Assembly: GCF_009914755.1 (NCBI RefSeq)
Contig: NC_060927.1
Length of the DNA stretch: 64,000 bases
DNA from: the human T2T-CHM13v2.0 reference genome, Homo sapiens
Direction: 5' to 3' (one strand)
Shown: piece after piece, positions 41,560 to 55,152 of the stretch
Layout of the letters: the number at the start of each line of letters is the position of its first letter
Position numbering within the stretch: the first letter of the stretch is position 1
Position numbers and translations under genes: made by a program
Notes under the pieces: generated by a model
The model's input: the letters and a program-made list of their open reading frames with translations, nothing else
The model's database searches: none
What the model was told of the DNA's origin: nothing

Positions 41560-42230
41560 TTGCTAAGTGTACCCAATCTACATATATACACATACCACTT
41601 GCCTATTTCATCAGCAGTATTATCTTGGAAAACCATTCCAGGTCTGTATGTGTAGCTCGACCCCATCCTTTTGGAGGGCTGCACAATATTTATTCTATAG
41701 TATACTATTACCCAATTCTCTATAGATGTACATCTTTTAGATAGACACACACACACACACACACGGGTGTACAAAGTTGCTGTTACTTGTGTGAATATTT
41801 ACGAGTTACATTTCTTAGAAAAATATACATGTGTATAATTGCTGAATCCAAGCATATGAACATTTACATTTACATATTTAATTGTGGTGGCTAAATGTGT
41901 TTAGGAAGTTTGTACCCATATTTATATATTTTTCCTATTTATGATCAATATTATAGATTAAAAGTATCTAGTTGTTTCAATGTTAGTTTCTTTCACTGTT
42001 AGTGAGGCTGGATATTGTCCGATTATGGCATTTATTCCTCTGTGTTTTAACTCTGGCCACATGTTTATGCTTTTTAAAAAGTAATTTTCTAGTTGATTTT
42101 TAAATGCTTTTTGTATACTAGCATTTAGTATACTTTTAGGTATACTAGCATTTCTTCCCATGTATTACAAATACTTTTGCTAGTTTGATGACTTCTCTCC
42201 ATATTTAATATGCAAATTTTGAACAATAAT
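41560..42230 (-). mobile_element. Old L1M (L1ME-like) fragments with (CA)n at ~41746-41764
   Basis: aattgctgaatccaagcatatgaacattt; ttagtttctttcactgttagtgaggctgga. Confidence 0.55.
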
Positions 42231-43593
42231 TCTTTTTAAAGTAATCACAAATAAGGTGTATTTTCTTAAACCAGACCAAAGATTAAATTTATTATATTTT
42301 AAGTGCAATTATTCTCTTATAATTACAATTCTTGCACACTAAAATCATTACAAAAGATACCTAGCATGGCAGCATAATAATTTTCTGGCAAAGGAGGTTT
42401 TCTGTTTATAGAGGTATTTTCTCCAGGCACATTTAGAATTCACTTAAAATCTCCACGTAGTAGTATTGTCAGAAACAATGAGGTTAAAAACTGTCTGAAC
42501 TTGTCAAAATGTCTTTAAGCTCAGATTCAAAATAGGGCAGAAATGTAAAACCCACTGAAGCTGATGTTACTAGAAAACCATAATCCACTATGTTATTTTA
42601 AGAAGTACAGCACCTGCTCACCTGAGGGAAACATTGCAGGTGAGAAAAGTTCAGCCACCCAGGTGTTTCTACTTGCTGGTGTTTCCCAGACCCAGACAGC
42701 AAGCCACTTTATTCTGTTTGCTCTCTCAGTACCCACCTCCCTCCAAAAACCACAAACTCTCCTGTGCACAGAATCTCTAGCCTTTGCCTTTAGCGACATC
42801 CACTTCCTCAGACATGTGCATATTAAAATGCATAGCTGGAGGGTAAATTGGCAAGTACTTAAAGCATCAGGATATAAAGTTACAAATCTGAACCAGTTGT
42901 TTAAAAACTGACCTTGTGGACATATATAAAAAACATGAATCATAGAGTTAGGTAGTTTTTTTTATCATAGTGGCAATTTACCAGTCTCAAAATTTGAATG
43001 TCAAGGTGGCCAATAACCTCTTGGGTGATAGAAGCTGGGGACTATATGGAACGATATGGAATTTAGACACTGCTTACCAATTCGGTGACTTCAATTTCAA
43101 AAGCAGATATAAAGAAACTTTGAAGCCGGAGACAAAGAATAAAGGAAAGGAAGAAGGGAGTGGGGAAAATGAAATGGAATACTCTTTGTAATTTCTTCTA
43201 CAGGCTTTCTCCCAGAACTGGAGAGGAGCAAAACCAAAAAAAAAAAAGCTTGGATCACTTATTGTAACCAAAACCACAAGTTATAATAGTCTCAAGAGAT
43301 TCTAACTATCCAGACATCTGTTGGATAACAAATGTAGCCAAACATGCATCTTTAAAGAGGTTTCTAGGTTATGCAGTGACAGCTTTACAGTCCAGAAAAC
43401 AGATAATCCAATCAAAGAAAGAGCTAATCTGGATCCATTTCCTACCCAAAAAAAAAGTAATTAAGGACATAACACCAACATAGGAAACATGATACCTAGG
43501 AGTATGACTTATAACATTTACTACTCCAAAATTTTCAAAAGACGCTTAGAAACTGCTGAAATATACTTGCATTTTAATGCCTATTTGATATAA

Positions 43594-44039
<446 letters not shown>

Positions 44040-44837
44040 TGACATGAACAGAAGCTCGCTCTCTGACATTTTCCAAAAGAGACTGTCCAATTCAAGTAAA
44101 CATAAATAGGGCTTCAATGATTATGAAGATGCTAAGCATCACCTAATAGTGCTCAAGTAGACCAGGCATGAAAATAAACACTATAACACATACTTGTGTT
44201 AAAAAAATTATGAATTAAGTCCCCAGCATATCAGACTGTAACCCAAAAATAAAAAATACCTAGCATATTTTGCTTCTCATCAGTCCTTTTTGCCAAGAAA
44301 TTCAGAACATGTTGCCTGCAGACAACTGTTTGTGAAACCTTATATTACTGATAAAGAGAACAAGAAAAGAATAGTTAGGCAGCCTGAAAGGGAATAAACA
44401 GTATCTGTAAATTCCTCAGGCCATATAGAATTTTTCTATATAATCTTTGCAGACTGTTCGAAAACGGATATAAAATTGTCAGGGAACAAGTTCTGAAACA
44501 GATTTCTTCATTTGAGCTGTTCCTTTAGATGCACCCCTATATGACAGATGAGAAACAGCAAAGCTGAAAGTATTATTTGCTGATAAGAACCTGACCACTG
44601 AAACAGGCTTTCCAATGCTTTGTGTCGTTCTCTATTGAGAGTCATATCAGGACAACCTGCGAGTTATGGCTTCCTTCTATAGTGAGTGAGCACATCAGTT
44701 TCTTTTGGGAAGACAAGTTTTACTTTGAAAAAGTCTCCACCTTCCAACCGCAGCTAGTTGATGACAACTCCTTTAAGAAAACTCTCAAAAGATGATGGCA
44801 TTGCCTAATCTTGCTTGCAGTTTTTAAGAAAATACTT

Positions 44838-45226
<389 letters not shown>

Positions 45227-46399
45227 TCATAAAATTAATGCTAAGATTAAAAGAAACTGATTAGATTTGCAACTTTTAAGGATTAGCATTTATTATTGAA
45301 GTTTTGTTGAGCCTAATTCATAGTCTAACTTCCTTTTTTGTACTTAAAATTTTTTTTGTTTTATATGAGTGCCAGGGATGAATAAATATCTCAACAATAC
45401 GTAAGCATAATGGGATAGGTTTTTATTTTTAGTACCCTCTCATTCCACGTGGCAGGGTATTCTAGATAGGGAAAATGTTCAAATGTATAAAAATGTCTTG
45501 AAGATGTTAACCCCGCAATATTTTTATCTTCTTTTCCATTGTCTGCCCAATCAATACAAAAGCACCTAGTTTTCACTGCACGGCCAATATCAGCAAACAC
45601 TACTATCAGGAAACTTAACTGTAACAAGTATCACAGCTAATCTTCAAGAACAGGAAATAATTAAGTCAGACACAGACAAAATAAAAATGACAGATGCATT
45701 CACAGCTTGCACCTCAATTCTTCAGGATGCCTCAAACCTCCAATGTGAATTAATTTTTTGTCGTAATGAACCATATCTCAGATTCAGAACCATGAGAGTT
45801 TTCATTCTGTATCATGTATCACCGTCTAGAAAACACAAGCTCATTGGGTTCTCCCAGCTGTGTCAGGGGAGGAAGTGTCCTCTCCATTTTGCATCTAAGG
45901 AAGAGGAGGAGCTGAGGGGTTACAGGCTTACTCAACGTAATGCAGCTAATAAGTGGTGATATGTATGCAGAATCTGTGTTTCAGTCCCATTTTTCCCTAC
46001 ATATATCTGGACAGAATTTCTACATCTCTGCAAATATTAAAGATGCCTACATTGACCAGGATTTTTATGAGCCCCTAAGTGAATTTGGGAGGGGGTAATA
46101 AATTACTAATAAAATTAATATATCTCTTTTCTTTTTTTCCCTGTCTGCCTCTCTCTCTCTTTCAATGCATACATACAAATATGTACATAAATAAACATGT
46201 ATATATATTCTTCTTCTAAAGTCCTTCTCCTTCTTTCCTCCTCAAACTCCTATTAGTGACCTCAATACCTGCAGCCCCAAAAGAAAACACATTTTGACAA
46301 ACTAGTCTTCTCTGCTTTCATTGAATGATATGTACGTGCACATACGATACAGACAAATATGCACACTTTTTTGTTATTATTTTCCAAAAAAGACATATA

Positions 46400-46720
46400 T
46401 GTGCTTTTCTTGAGCTTTTCTTTTTCAGTCAGCAATACCATATGGAACACAATTCACTCATAGATCCCACCTCTTGATGGTAATCGCTCAATTCCATTTT
46501 TTTTTTGTTACTGCAAACATTGTCACAATAAACATTTTTGTACACATATCATATGCTGCTGCTTCTATTTATGGGAGGTAGACTCATAGGAGTAAGAATG
46601 CTCAGCCAAAGTTTATGAAAATTATTACTGTTACTACATTTTCCAGTCTACTTCTTTAAAATACTAAAACTCTAATTTTCTACCAGCAATATATGAGAAA
46701 TGGCAGTTTCTCTTACCAAG
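46400..46720 (-). mobile_element. Old L1ME-like fragment
   Basis: tttgttactgcaaacattgtcacaataaacatttttgtacac...taccagcaatatatgaga. Confidence 0.6.
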
Positions 46721-49262
46721 ACGTCTTTTACAATGATTCAAATTTACACCACGTAACTATTTGTATTATTATGCAAGCACATCCTAAAACATAACACCTT
46801 TACAAAGCTCCTGCACCTGTTCCACCAAGTAGGAGAAGAATCTGAGGCAAATCCCCATACTTTAGGCATTGTGACATTATGGCACCATTTTATGGAGGAA
46901 AGCCCACAGAAGCCCATGGGCATGATAGCTACATGGATCTCAGAGAGCAGGGGAATTTCATTAAGGTCCTGCAGCATCCAGGCTTGAATACTTGAAACTG
47001 ACAGCAATGCTCTGGAATGCATTTCTCCCCTCTTATTCATCATCCAGTTACTTTTCATGCAGATCTCACAGGCTGGGATCTCCTGGCATTTTGCATGCAT
47101 CTCAAAGATGGTTTCCATTACCCTTCTGGTCATGAAATTGTCATTCTGGACACGTGCCCTACACAACTAACACCAATCAAGAGTTTGTAAATATTTTAAC
47201 ATAACTCTGATGTTTTTTTCCTCAGTGGAAAATAGGCTTATGACATATGCCAGAGAAAAAGAAAAAGTTTTGTAGAAAGTGTGAAGCAATCGGGTGTTGA
47301 TTAGAAAAATTTTTATTGTTACCAAATCATCATAAACTCAATAATGACAACAAAGTCCAGAAAAAGTATTTCCATTATTCATAAACATTCTGCCTGGTAT
47401 TTTTAAAAACAATCTGCACCTATTGCTTTATGATGTTCTAACTATCCTAGCTGAGATAATGCCCTCAAGGTAGGTACACAAAATTCTATAAATCTTTCTT
47501 GAATCATAATAATGAGATGGAAAAAAATCATATAGTCCTAGGGCTGGCTTCCATATAGAACTGTCATTTTACCTGCCTACATACTGAGATCAAATGATTA
47601 TAAGTAAACTTTTATGCCTATTATATTTTTAATACCATTTTTAAACATCTTCATAACTTCCTAATCATTTATACAGATTACTAATATTGTCAGGAAAGGC
47701 TTCAATGAATCCCTAATGCCATAGCCCTCAGAATTCAGATGGCTAATGTATGCTCCCTGAGAAGAAGTGAAGTAGAAGGAAGTAAACTATTTTTAGTTGA
47801 GCATCTACAATATATGATATTTTGATGCCCTCTCATCTTTAGGGTGAAAAATATCACAGTGCTTTAATATTTTAACATAAATCAAACTATTCTGTTTATT
47901 ATTGAGGCTAATGATTCATCTCCATTTCATTGTAAAGCCTGGAATTGGAGCATTATTATATTTAGTAAATATTCAAGGGTCTTGAGTTGTAAATCTAGGT
48001 TTCCTTTAGTCCTTTTTGTAAATGTAACTGGGTATTGTAGATGTTACTGGGTATAAAGCTCCATAATTTTAATAACATTAGTACCCCAATGAAATTAACA
48101 TATCGTAACTAACTTTTAAAGTGTGTTATTTAGCAAGGTTATTTGTAGAACTTTCCTGCAACTAGTGATTTTTACCCAGGTGGGTTAGCACCAGACCACC
48201 TAAAAGAAATCATAGGTCTTGAGATGTGAGTTAAGTTTTGGCAAATTTACAGGTGGAATGGAAAAGTAAGAATTAAATAGATCTATCTCTCTTTCATGGA
48301 GAGAAACTGCCTCTCCATTTGCTTCTCTAGTATATTCGCTATTCTCACCCGGTTTTTTGTATTGCCTGTACCTAACAAAACCAAGATATTTATGTTTTTA
48401 ATTAATAGATTTCATTATAAAGCATCATTGTAGTGCCAACCGTCATAATCTTAAACACTAAGGTAGTTTAATTAGTATGTTCCAAAGTGAATAGTATATA
48501 ACAATTTTGAGAACTTAAACCCATTAAAATATAATTTTTGTCACTTGTGAATAATGTCCCTTTCACAGAATATTCAGATTAAATCAGAATGTTGTTTTTA
48601 AATATAGTTTACTGGCCTTAAACCATAAATAATTCGGAATACCACTTAATGTGATTCTGTTTTTATGATATCATCAGGCACAAGCTGTCCATGAAGAGAA
48701 AAGCATAGATTAGGACATTTATCTACTCCTGACTTCCTCTGTAGTACCCAGCTCTTCCTATCTAATATCAAAATGGAGACCCTCAAACAATTTTTTTCAG
48801 TTTTCTTAACAGATAAACTTCATTCACAGATTAGAGAGTAAAGTTTATTGCTATGAAAGTCTGTTCAGAGAGAATACTAGAAACAACTTCCTGTGCTTAT
48901 GGCAAACTTCTCAGTCTGTACTTTGCAAGTAATTTGTGGACTAGTAGCTATTGTAGTTTTGTTCCCTCTGTCTGGCAAATAACCATTGTCCCCGTCTGTG
49001 ACACACAGTCTTGATTTCACTTGTATCTAAAGGTATCTTGCTAAGTAAGAGATGAACCAGATAGTGTTTAATATCTGGATATAATCACAGTTTGGGGCCA
49101 GCTCATATAATGACTCACTCATAAAATCCACTATTAGGTGGCTACTTACGCAAATTAATGCCTAGTTTTTTTGAGAGGCAAAAGGTACATCAACATATGT
49201 TTACTCCCTCTAAGCTCTAGATTTCATGGACCTGCGAAATATTAGGTTATGCAAAAGTAATT

Positions 49263-49265
<3 letters not shown>

Positions 49266-49301
<36 letters not shown>
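49266..49301. repeat. (TA)n microsatellite
   Basis: Direct reading. Confidence 0.95.
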
Positions 49302-49304
<3 letters not shown>

Positions 49305-50642
49305 TATGATGTTGTTTTGTTTGTTTAATATTAGGTTACCTAAATATATTGTAGTAAAAAGTATATGAATACCTCAATTCTAAGTTGTTTATGTATACTG
49401 TATATTGCATTGTTGTGACATTCATCAAAGTAAAAATAGATATTTATAACAAAATTGTAGCTAAAATAACATGAGGGATCCCAAGAAAAATAAATCTGTG
49501 GATCTACAGATGAATACAATCTCATGCCATGAGCAGCTTGTGTTTATAAAGAAGTCACACCACAAAGCATGACTACTTTTGTTTTTGGTACATTTAAATA
49601 AAGTGGATGAAGTGGAAATTATGAAAGTCAAGTTTAAATTTCAGTAAAAAGCCCTTATTAACAAATCTTCACTTGAAAAATTAATTTAAACTTGGCTGGA
49701 ATGTACAAGATTGTATGTCTTACATTAGGTAAATTATTGGCAACAACAGGAAGTAAGAATGACAACATTTCACTAAAATGCCCGGAATGATTATGACCAC
49801 TAAAAGAGGACTACTATGTCAGAATTTACTTAATGTTATCACTAAAAAATCTGAGGAAGATAAGAGGAGACATATTCTTGCATTCACACGTGAATGCCTG
49901 GTAATATGTTGTACACGATCACAAATATTTCCACATTTAACTCTCTCCTTCCTTATACACAAAGGGGCCCAGTATAATACTCTGAGATAGCTGAAATCAG
50001 TCCTCCACATCCTGTGACCCTCCCTTATTCATTGTACTATTCTAGGTGTTATCTCTGGCCCCAACTACCCTTGTTAACCTAGGTTACACGCAGCTTAATG
50101 TAAGGTGAAAGTCATTCACAAAAGTTGAAAACTATGGCTTCTATTATGCAGAAGTGACAAAGCTAAATGAGAAGTTAATAAGTACACCCTCAAAAAATGT
50201 GTTCATCAGAAAAGCAGAGTGAAACAATCTCCTGCTAAACACAATTTAAAATGCTTTTTTACTGAAGAATATATAAAACATTTTATATGCTATAGGGAAC
50301 TGTGATCTCTAAGAGGTATATGGTAGGCAATGTAAATAAATTCATTTGATAATAGATCTTTTCTTTTTTCAATTAAGCCCTTATTATCACATTCTGAGTA
50401 TTTTTCCTATGGAACCCATGAAACTCAGTTTAAAGACTGATAAAGGAAAGGGAAAAAGCCTAATGTGAGATTTGTGATAACAGCCTCTTGGTAAAGATGA
50501 GCATTTTTCACGTGGAGGGCAAATACAAATGACTTATGATCATACCATACTGATCATTTCAAGGTACCTGTATGTAATACCTGTTCAACAGAGGGAGCAA
50601 AAAGTAAGAGTGAGCTCGCATGACAGCAAAGCAACACCAAGA

Positions 50643-50775
50643 CAGAGGTTAGAGGAATAAGGAGCCCTGGGTGCAAAATATGGGGTGGCATACACTTGCA
50701 CAGCCCTCACAGTATGGATCCTTTTAAATTTTGTGCCAGAGGCACCTCACTGTCCTCACCACCACTCAGCCCTTC
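50643..50775. mobile_element. MER91-like hAT MITE
   Basis: gccctgggtgcaaaat...ccttttaaattttgtgccagaggcacctcact...cagccct. Confidence 0.5.
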
Positions 50776-51162
50776 GGAAAAAATGGACCACCTTACTTCA
50801 TTCCTATGGCAGTTTTGCCTACCAAACCTCAAACTCTACTATAATATGTTGTAATGAATCTTAACAATTTAAATACTAAAAAAAAATTTAAAAAACAAAA
50901 ATTTAAATTTAAATATTTTAAAAATTGCATATATATGCTCTTTGAAAAAAATTCAAAAAATATAGAAATACATAAAATAAAAAGTGAGGTTCTCTTAACC
51001 CCACAGTTCTACTCCTAGATATATTTCCAAGAGAATTAAACACACATTTACTTAAAAATTTGTACATGAGGGCTGGACACAGTGGCTCACACCTGTAATC
51101 CCAGCACCTTGGGAGTCCGAGGCAGGTGGATCACGAGGTCAGGAGTTTGAGACCAGCCTGGC

Positions 51163-51254
51163 CAAAATAGGGAAGCCAGCCTTCACTATTCAAAATAGGG
51201 AAGCCAGCCTTCACTATTCAAAATAGGGAAGCCAGCCTTCACTATTCAAAATAG
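51163..51254. repeat. Perfect 28-bp tandem repeat, 3.3 copies
   Basis: caaaatagggaagccagccttcactatt starts at 51163, 51191 and 51219; partial copy at 51247. Confidence 0.95.
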
Positions 51255-51376
51255 TGACTATCTACTAAAAATACAAAAAATTAGCCGGGCGTGGTGGCAG
51301 ATGCCTGTAATTCCAGCTACTCAGGTGGCTGAGGCAGGACAATTGGTTGAACTCGGGAGGCAGAGGTTGCAGTGAG

Positions 51377-51402
51377 TCAAGATCTCGCCATTGCACTCCA
51401 GC
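51377..51402 (-). CDS. VGLL3: Alu-derived alternative terminal exon of VGLL3, coding part (G)WSAMARS*
   Basis: Antisense Alu right arm gives tttcactcttatctcccAG|GC TGG AGT GCA ATG GCG AGA TCT TGA, in phase with the exon-3 donor. I recall a shorter VGLL3 isoform with this tail (unverified). Confidence 0.65.
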
Positions 51403-51999
51403 CTGGGAGATAAGAGTGAAACTCTGTCTCAAAACAAAACAAAACAAAACCTTGCACATGAGTGTTCATCACAGTATTATTCCTATTAGCCGAAAAGTAG
51501 AAACAAATCAAATGTCCATATTCATTTGCTTATGCATCAAATGCATAAACAAAATGTGGTATTATCCACCCAATGAAATCGTACCTAGCCCCAAAAAAGA
51601 ATGACTTTATGATAGATGCTACAACACGCATGAAACTTGAAAACATTACACAAAGTGAAAAAAGACACAAAAAGCCACATATCATATAATTCCATTTGTA
51701 TGAAATTTCCAAAATAAGAAAATCCACAGAAGTAGAAAGTAGACTAATATTTGCCAGGCATAGCGGATAGGGAAAATTGGGAGTTATTCCTAAGAGGAAT
51801 AGGAGTTCTTGTTACAGTGATGGAATGTTCTCTAATTAGAAGGTTGCACAATATTGTGAATATATTATAAGACCAATCAGTTATACTTATTAAACTGGTG
51901 AAGCATATGCTATTGTGAAATATATCTAAATAATAAATTTTTAGAAGTTAAATAAAGTGTAAGTCTGTCCATCTTCTCTTACATAGCTAGAATTTACAG

Positions 52000-52215
52000 A
52001 GTACATGTTATATGCCTGGTATATTTGTAAATGCTTTACTGCATGAACTAATTTAATCTCAAAACAATCCTATTAGGCATTGTTTACAGATAAAGAAGTT
52101 GAAGTAGCAGGAGGGTAAAGTCATTGGTCCAAAGTCTGCTTCTTTTGTAAGTGGCAGAGCTGGGCTGACAAAATCAGGCAGTCTGGCTTCAAAGCTCATG
52201 CCGTCCACTAACTCT
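52000..52215 (-). mobile_element. MIR
   Basis: atttaatctcaaaacaatcctatt...tttacagataaagaa...taagtggcagagctggg...caggcagtctggcttc. Confidence 0.8.
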
Positions 52216-52337
52216 CCAGGAGTAACTACAATTAAAAGTTGGGATATACACTTCAAGATAATTTTCATTGAGGGAGTGCATGCACCCACCTGCATGAATG
52301 TGTGTAGAAGATAAAAATTATACACAGGGATGATACT

Positions 52338-52677
52338 GAGGGTCAGCAACTACCCACAGGCCAAATTCAGCATCACCTGTTTATGTATACCCATGAATTA
52401 AGAATGCAGGAGTGAATTTTTCAGTGGTTGGAAGAAAAGAAGAAAAAAAGCAGAGTAGCATTTGATGACACGTGAGAAATATATAAAACTCAAATTTCAG
52501 CACCAACCAATAAAGTTTTATTGGAACACAACTATCTTCATATAAGTTTTGTCTATAGCTGTTTCTGTACCACATGAGCAGAGTAGAATTAGGTAGTGGT
52601 AACAGAGACCTGTATGGCATGGCAAAGCATAAAATATTTTTATCTGTTTCTTTACAGAAAAATTTTGCTAACCCCTG
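52338..52677. mobile_element. MER58B-like hAT-Charlie MITE
   Basis: Terminal inverted repeats agggtcagcaa / ttgctaacccctg; aataaagttttattggaacaca; ctttacagaaaa. Confidence 0.85.
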
Positions 52678-52816
52678 GATTATGCCATACATGATATTAT
52701 AAAACTTTCGTTTGTCACTACACATTATATGACGTTCAACCTTCTAGATTTCAAGGTTTTCTTAATTTCTTCAAGTAGATACAGTGAAAAAATGAACCTA
52801 AAATTATTAAATTATT

Positions 52817-53178
52817 TGCAATGAATTGAATGTTTATGACTCCCCTCCAAATAAATTCAGATGTTGAAATCCTAACCCCCAAGGTGATGGTATAAGAAAG
52901 CGAGCCTTAGAAGGTAATTAGGTTATGAGGGTGGAGGCCTCATGAATGGCATTAGTGCCCTTATAAAAGAGATCCTGAAGATTACTTTGCCCGTTTCACC
53001 ACATGAAGTTACAATGAAAAGATGGGCATCTAGAAAACAGGCCCTTACCAGACATCAAATCTTTTAGAACCTTGATCTTGGATTTCCCAGCCTTCAAAAC
53101 TATGACAGTAAATTTCTGTTGTTTATAAGCTACACAGTGTATGGTATTTTATTATAACAGCTTGAAAGCACTAAGACA
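52817..53178 (+). mobile_element. MLT1A0-like solo LTR
   Basis: tg...gttgaaatcctaacccccaaggtgatggta...ccttgatcttggatttcccagcc...ctaagaca; TSD ttatt/tcatt. Confidence 0.9.
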
Positions 53179-53212
53179 TCATTTCTCTACTAATGAAAAT
53201 TTCATGTTTTTA

Positions 53213-53518
<306 letters not shown>

Positions 53519-53899
53519 AAATTTCATGTTTTTACCAACTTCTTCTCAAAATAGTTGGTTTAATGTATTTATCTTCTAATGGATGTGAAAATGACCTATA
53601 TTTTAATGGTCCCGGTCACCTGGACTTTGAGAAGTTTTATGACTGTATGAAGGTTCTTCTCTTGGCTGCTCAGTAGTCACCCAATATCGATGCTGAGTTT
53701 TCAGCTGAGTCACCGTTTCTGGCTGTATGTTCAGGCCAATGTGGCACAGGTTACACAGAGGGACCCAACTTTCACTGTTCTCAACTGCTCTGCTACCCCT
53801 TCCTAGCTTGGTCCTACTATGCAGAAACTTCTGTTCATTTAAAAGGAGTTGGAAAAGTGGTACAGTAGCTACTACCCCTTTGCTGTCCCTCTTTAGAGG

Positions 53900-54310
53900 A
53901 CAGTGTGGTGTGCAACCAGATCCCTCTCCCTTTAGGACCGAGGCATTTATTCTCTTGTTGCCGGCAATTCCTGACTCTCAGTTGCTTCTCTCTTTGGGAA
54001 TTGCCTTCAGCTGAACAAACCCACCTGGCCCAATATCATGTCCCCTTACCAGAGGCAGATCACAACTTCTAACTGGTCAATTCAGGAATGTAAAAGCCCA
54101 ACCCCCTTGACCCCAGGCAGAACAGTTATGAAGAACCATCTCACTCCAGAGCTCCTTGTAGAATCCAGGCCTCTATTGACTTCATCAGTGAGACTTCTGC
54201 CCAAATCTCTCATTCTCCAAAGATGTTGCCCTGAGAACATTACCCCATAAATTGTCTACAAGCAAATCTGAGTCTCAGAGTCTGTTTCCTAGAAAAATTG
54301 ACGTACAACA
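53900..54310 (+). mobile_element. LTR16A-like ERVL LTR
   Basis: ttgccttcagctga...ctccagagctcc...caaatctgagtctcagagtctgtttccta...acaaca. Confidence 0.7.
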
Positions 54311-55093
54311 CCCCTCTCTAACTCCTCCCAAAGATAGAGAGATGTAATATTTGTCATTATATCTGAGTTTAGCAGAATAAAATGACCACATATGGCTCAG
54401 CCCCTCCCACTGTCTCTTTTTCGGGCCAGCCTCGATGCATGATGGTGCATTGTCCTCCTGCTTGTGCCTTTTGTAGGGACACACACAAGGCTTAGGCCTT
54501 GGATTACGTTTTTCAGAGACAAATCTGAGCAATCATCAGTCTCTTCACAGTAACGGAGCTCTAAGCTGTATAACAAGGAAGGTGTCTACGGGAATCTTCT
54601 CTGAACTCTAGATTTTCCCCAGAACTGCATGTTCCAGAATCTAAATTTAGCTGAAGGCAGTAGGAGGTCTAACTGTGGCATTAAGTCTAACCTAGAATCT
54701 CCAATTCTGCCTGATCAATGATTATGCTAATAATTTTATCTTTATTTTCATGATTCCTTTGTTTTCTCAATTGGGTCAAAATTTATGAAACGAATCTTGA
54801 TTACTGTCCTAAACCCATGCTGACAAAGGGCAGCATGCCACACATGCAATAGGAAAACCTTCATCTTTCACTATTAACCATTTTAATAGTTGAATTCACC
54901 TAATTTTATCTGATTTACTTATACAAGGAGATGTTATCCCAGCAATCTCTCAGAGAGGGACACGTCTTAGTTCAAACTTCAGCTTGGACACATAACAATG
55001 TAATTTAAGCAAGTAGTTTTCTGAGCCTCAGGTTTCTTATTCATAAATGAAACTAACAAGGTCTATCTCAGATTTAGTTTAAGAACTTAAAGT

Positions 55094-55098
<5 letters not shown>

Positions 55099-55148
<50 letters not shown>
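55099..55148. repeat. (TG)n(TA)n compound microsatellite inside a MIR (~54960-55190)
   Basis: Direct reading; ctgagcctcaggtttcttattcataaatg MIR core upstream. Confidence 0.9.

Positions 55149-55152
<4 letters not shown>

Larger units (their letters stand above)
51071..51447 (+). mobile_element. AluS with internal 28-bp triplication
   Basis: Two-arm Alu, (CAAAA)n tail, TSD ttgtacatgag/ttgcacatgag. Confidence 0.95.
51000..51950 (+). mobile_element. L1MB/MC-like 3' region interrupted by an Alu
   Basis: actcctagatatatttccaagaga...gtgttcatcacag...aaatgtcca...aaacaaaatgtggtatt...gttgcacaatattgtgaat. Confidence 0.8.

Noticed and set aside
49880-49897. Short inverted repeat gcattcac-ac-gtgaatgc (similar ones at ~32237 and ~51530)
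   Set aside because: Stems of about 8 bp occur by chance in 64 kb, and there is no supporting context.
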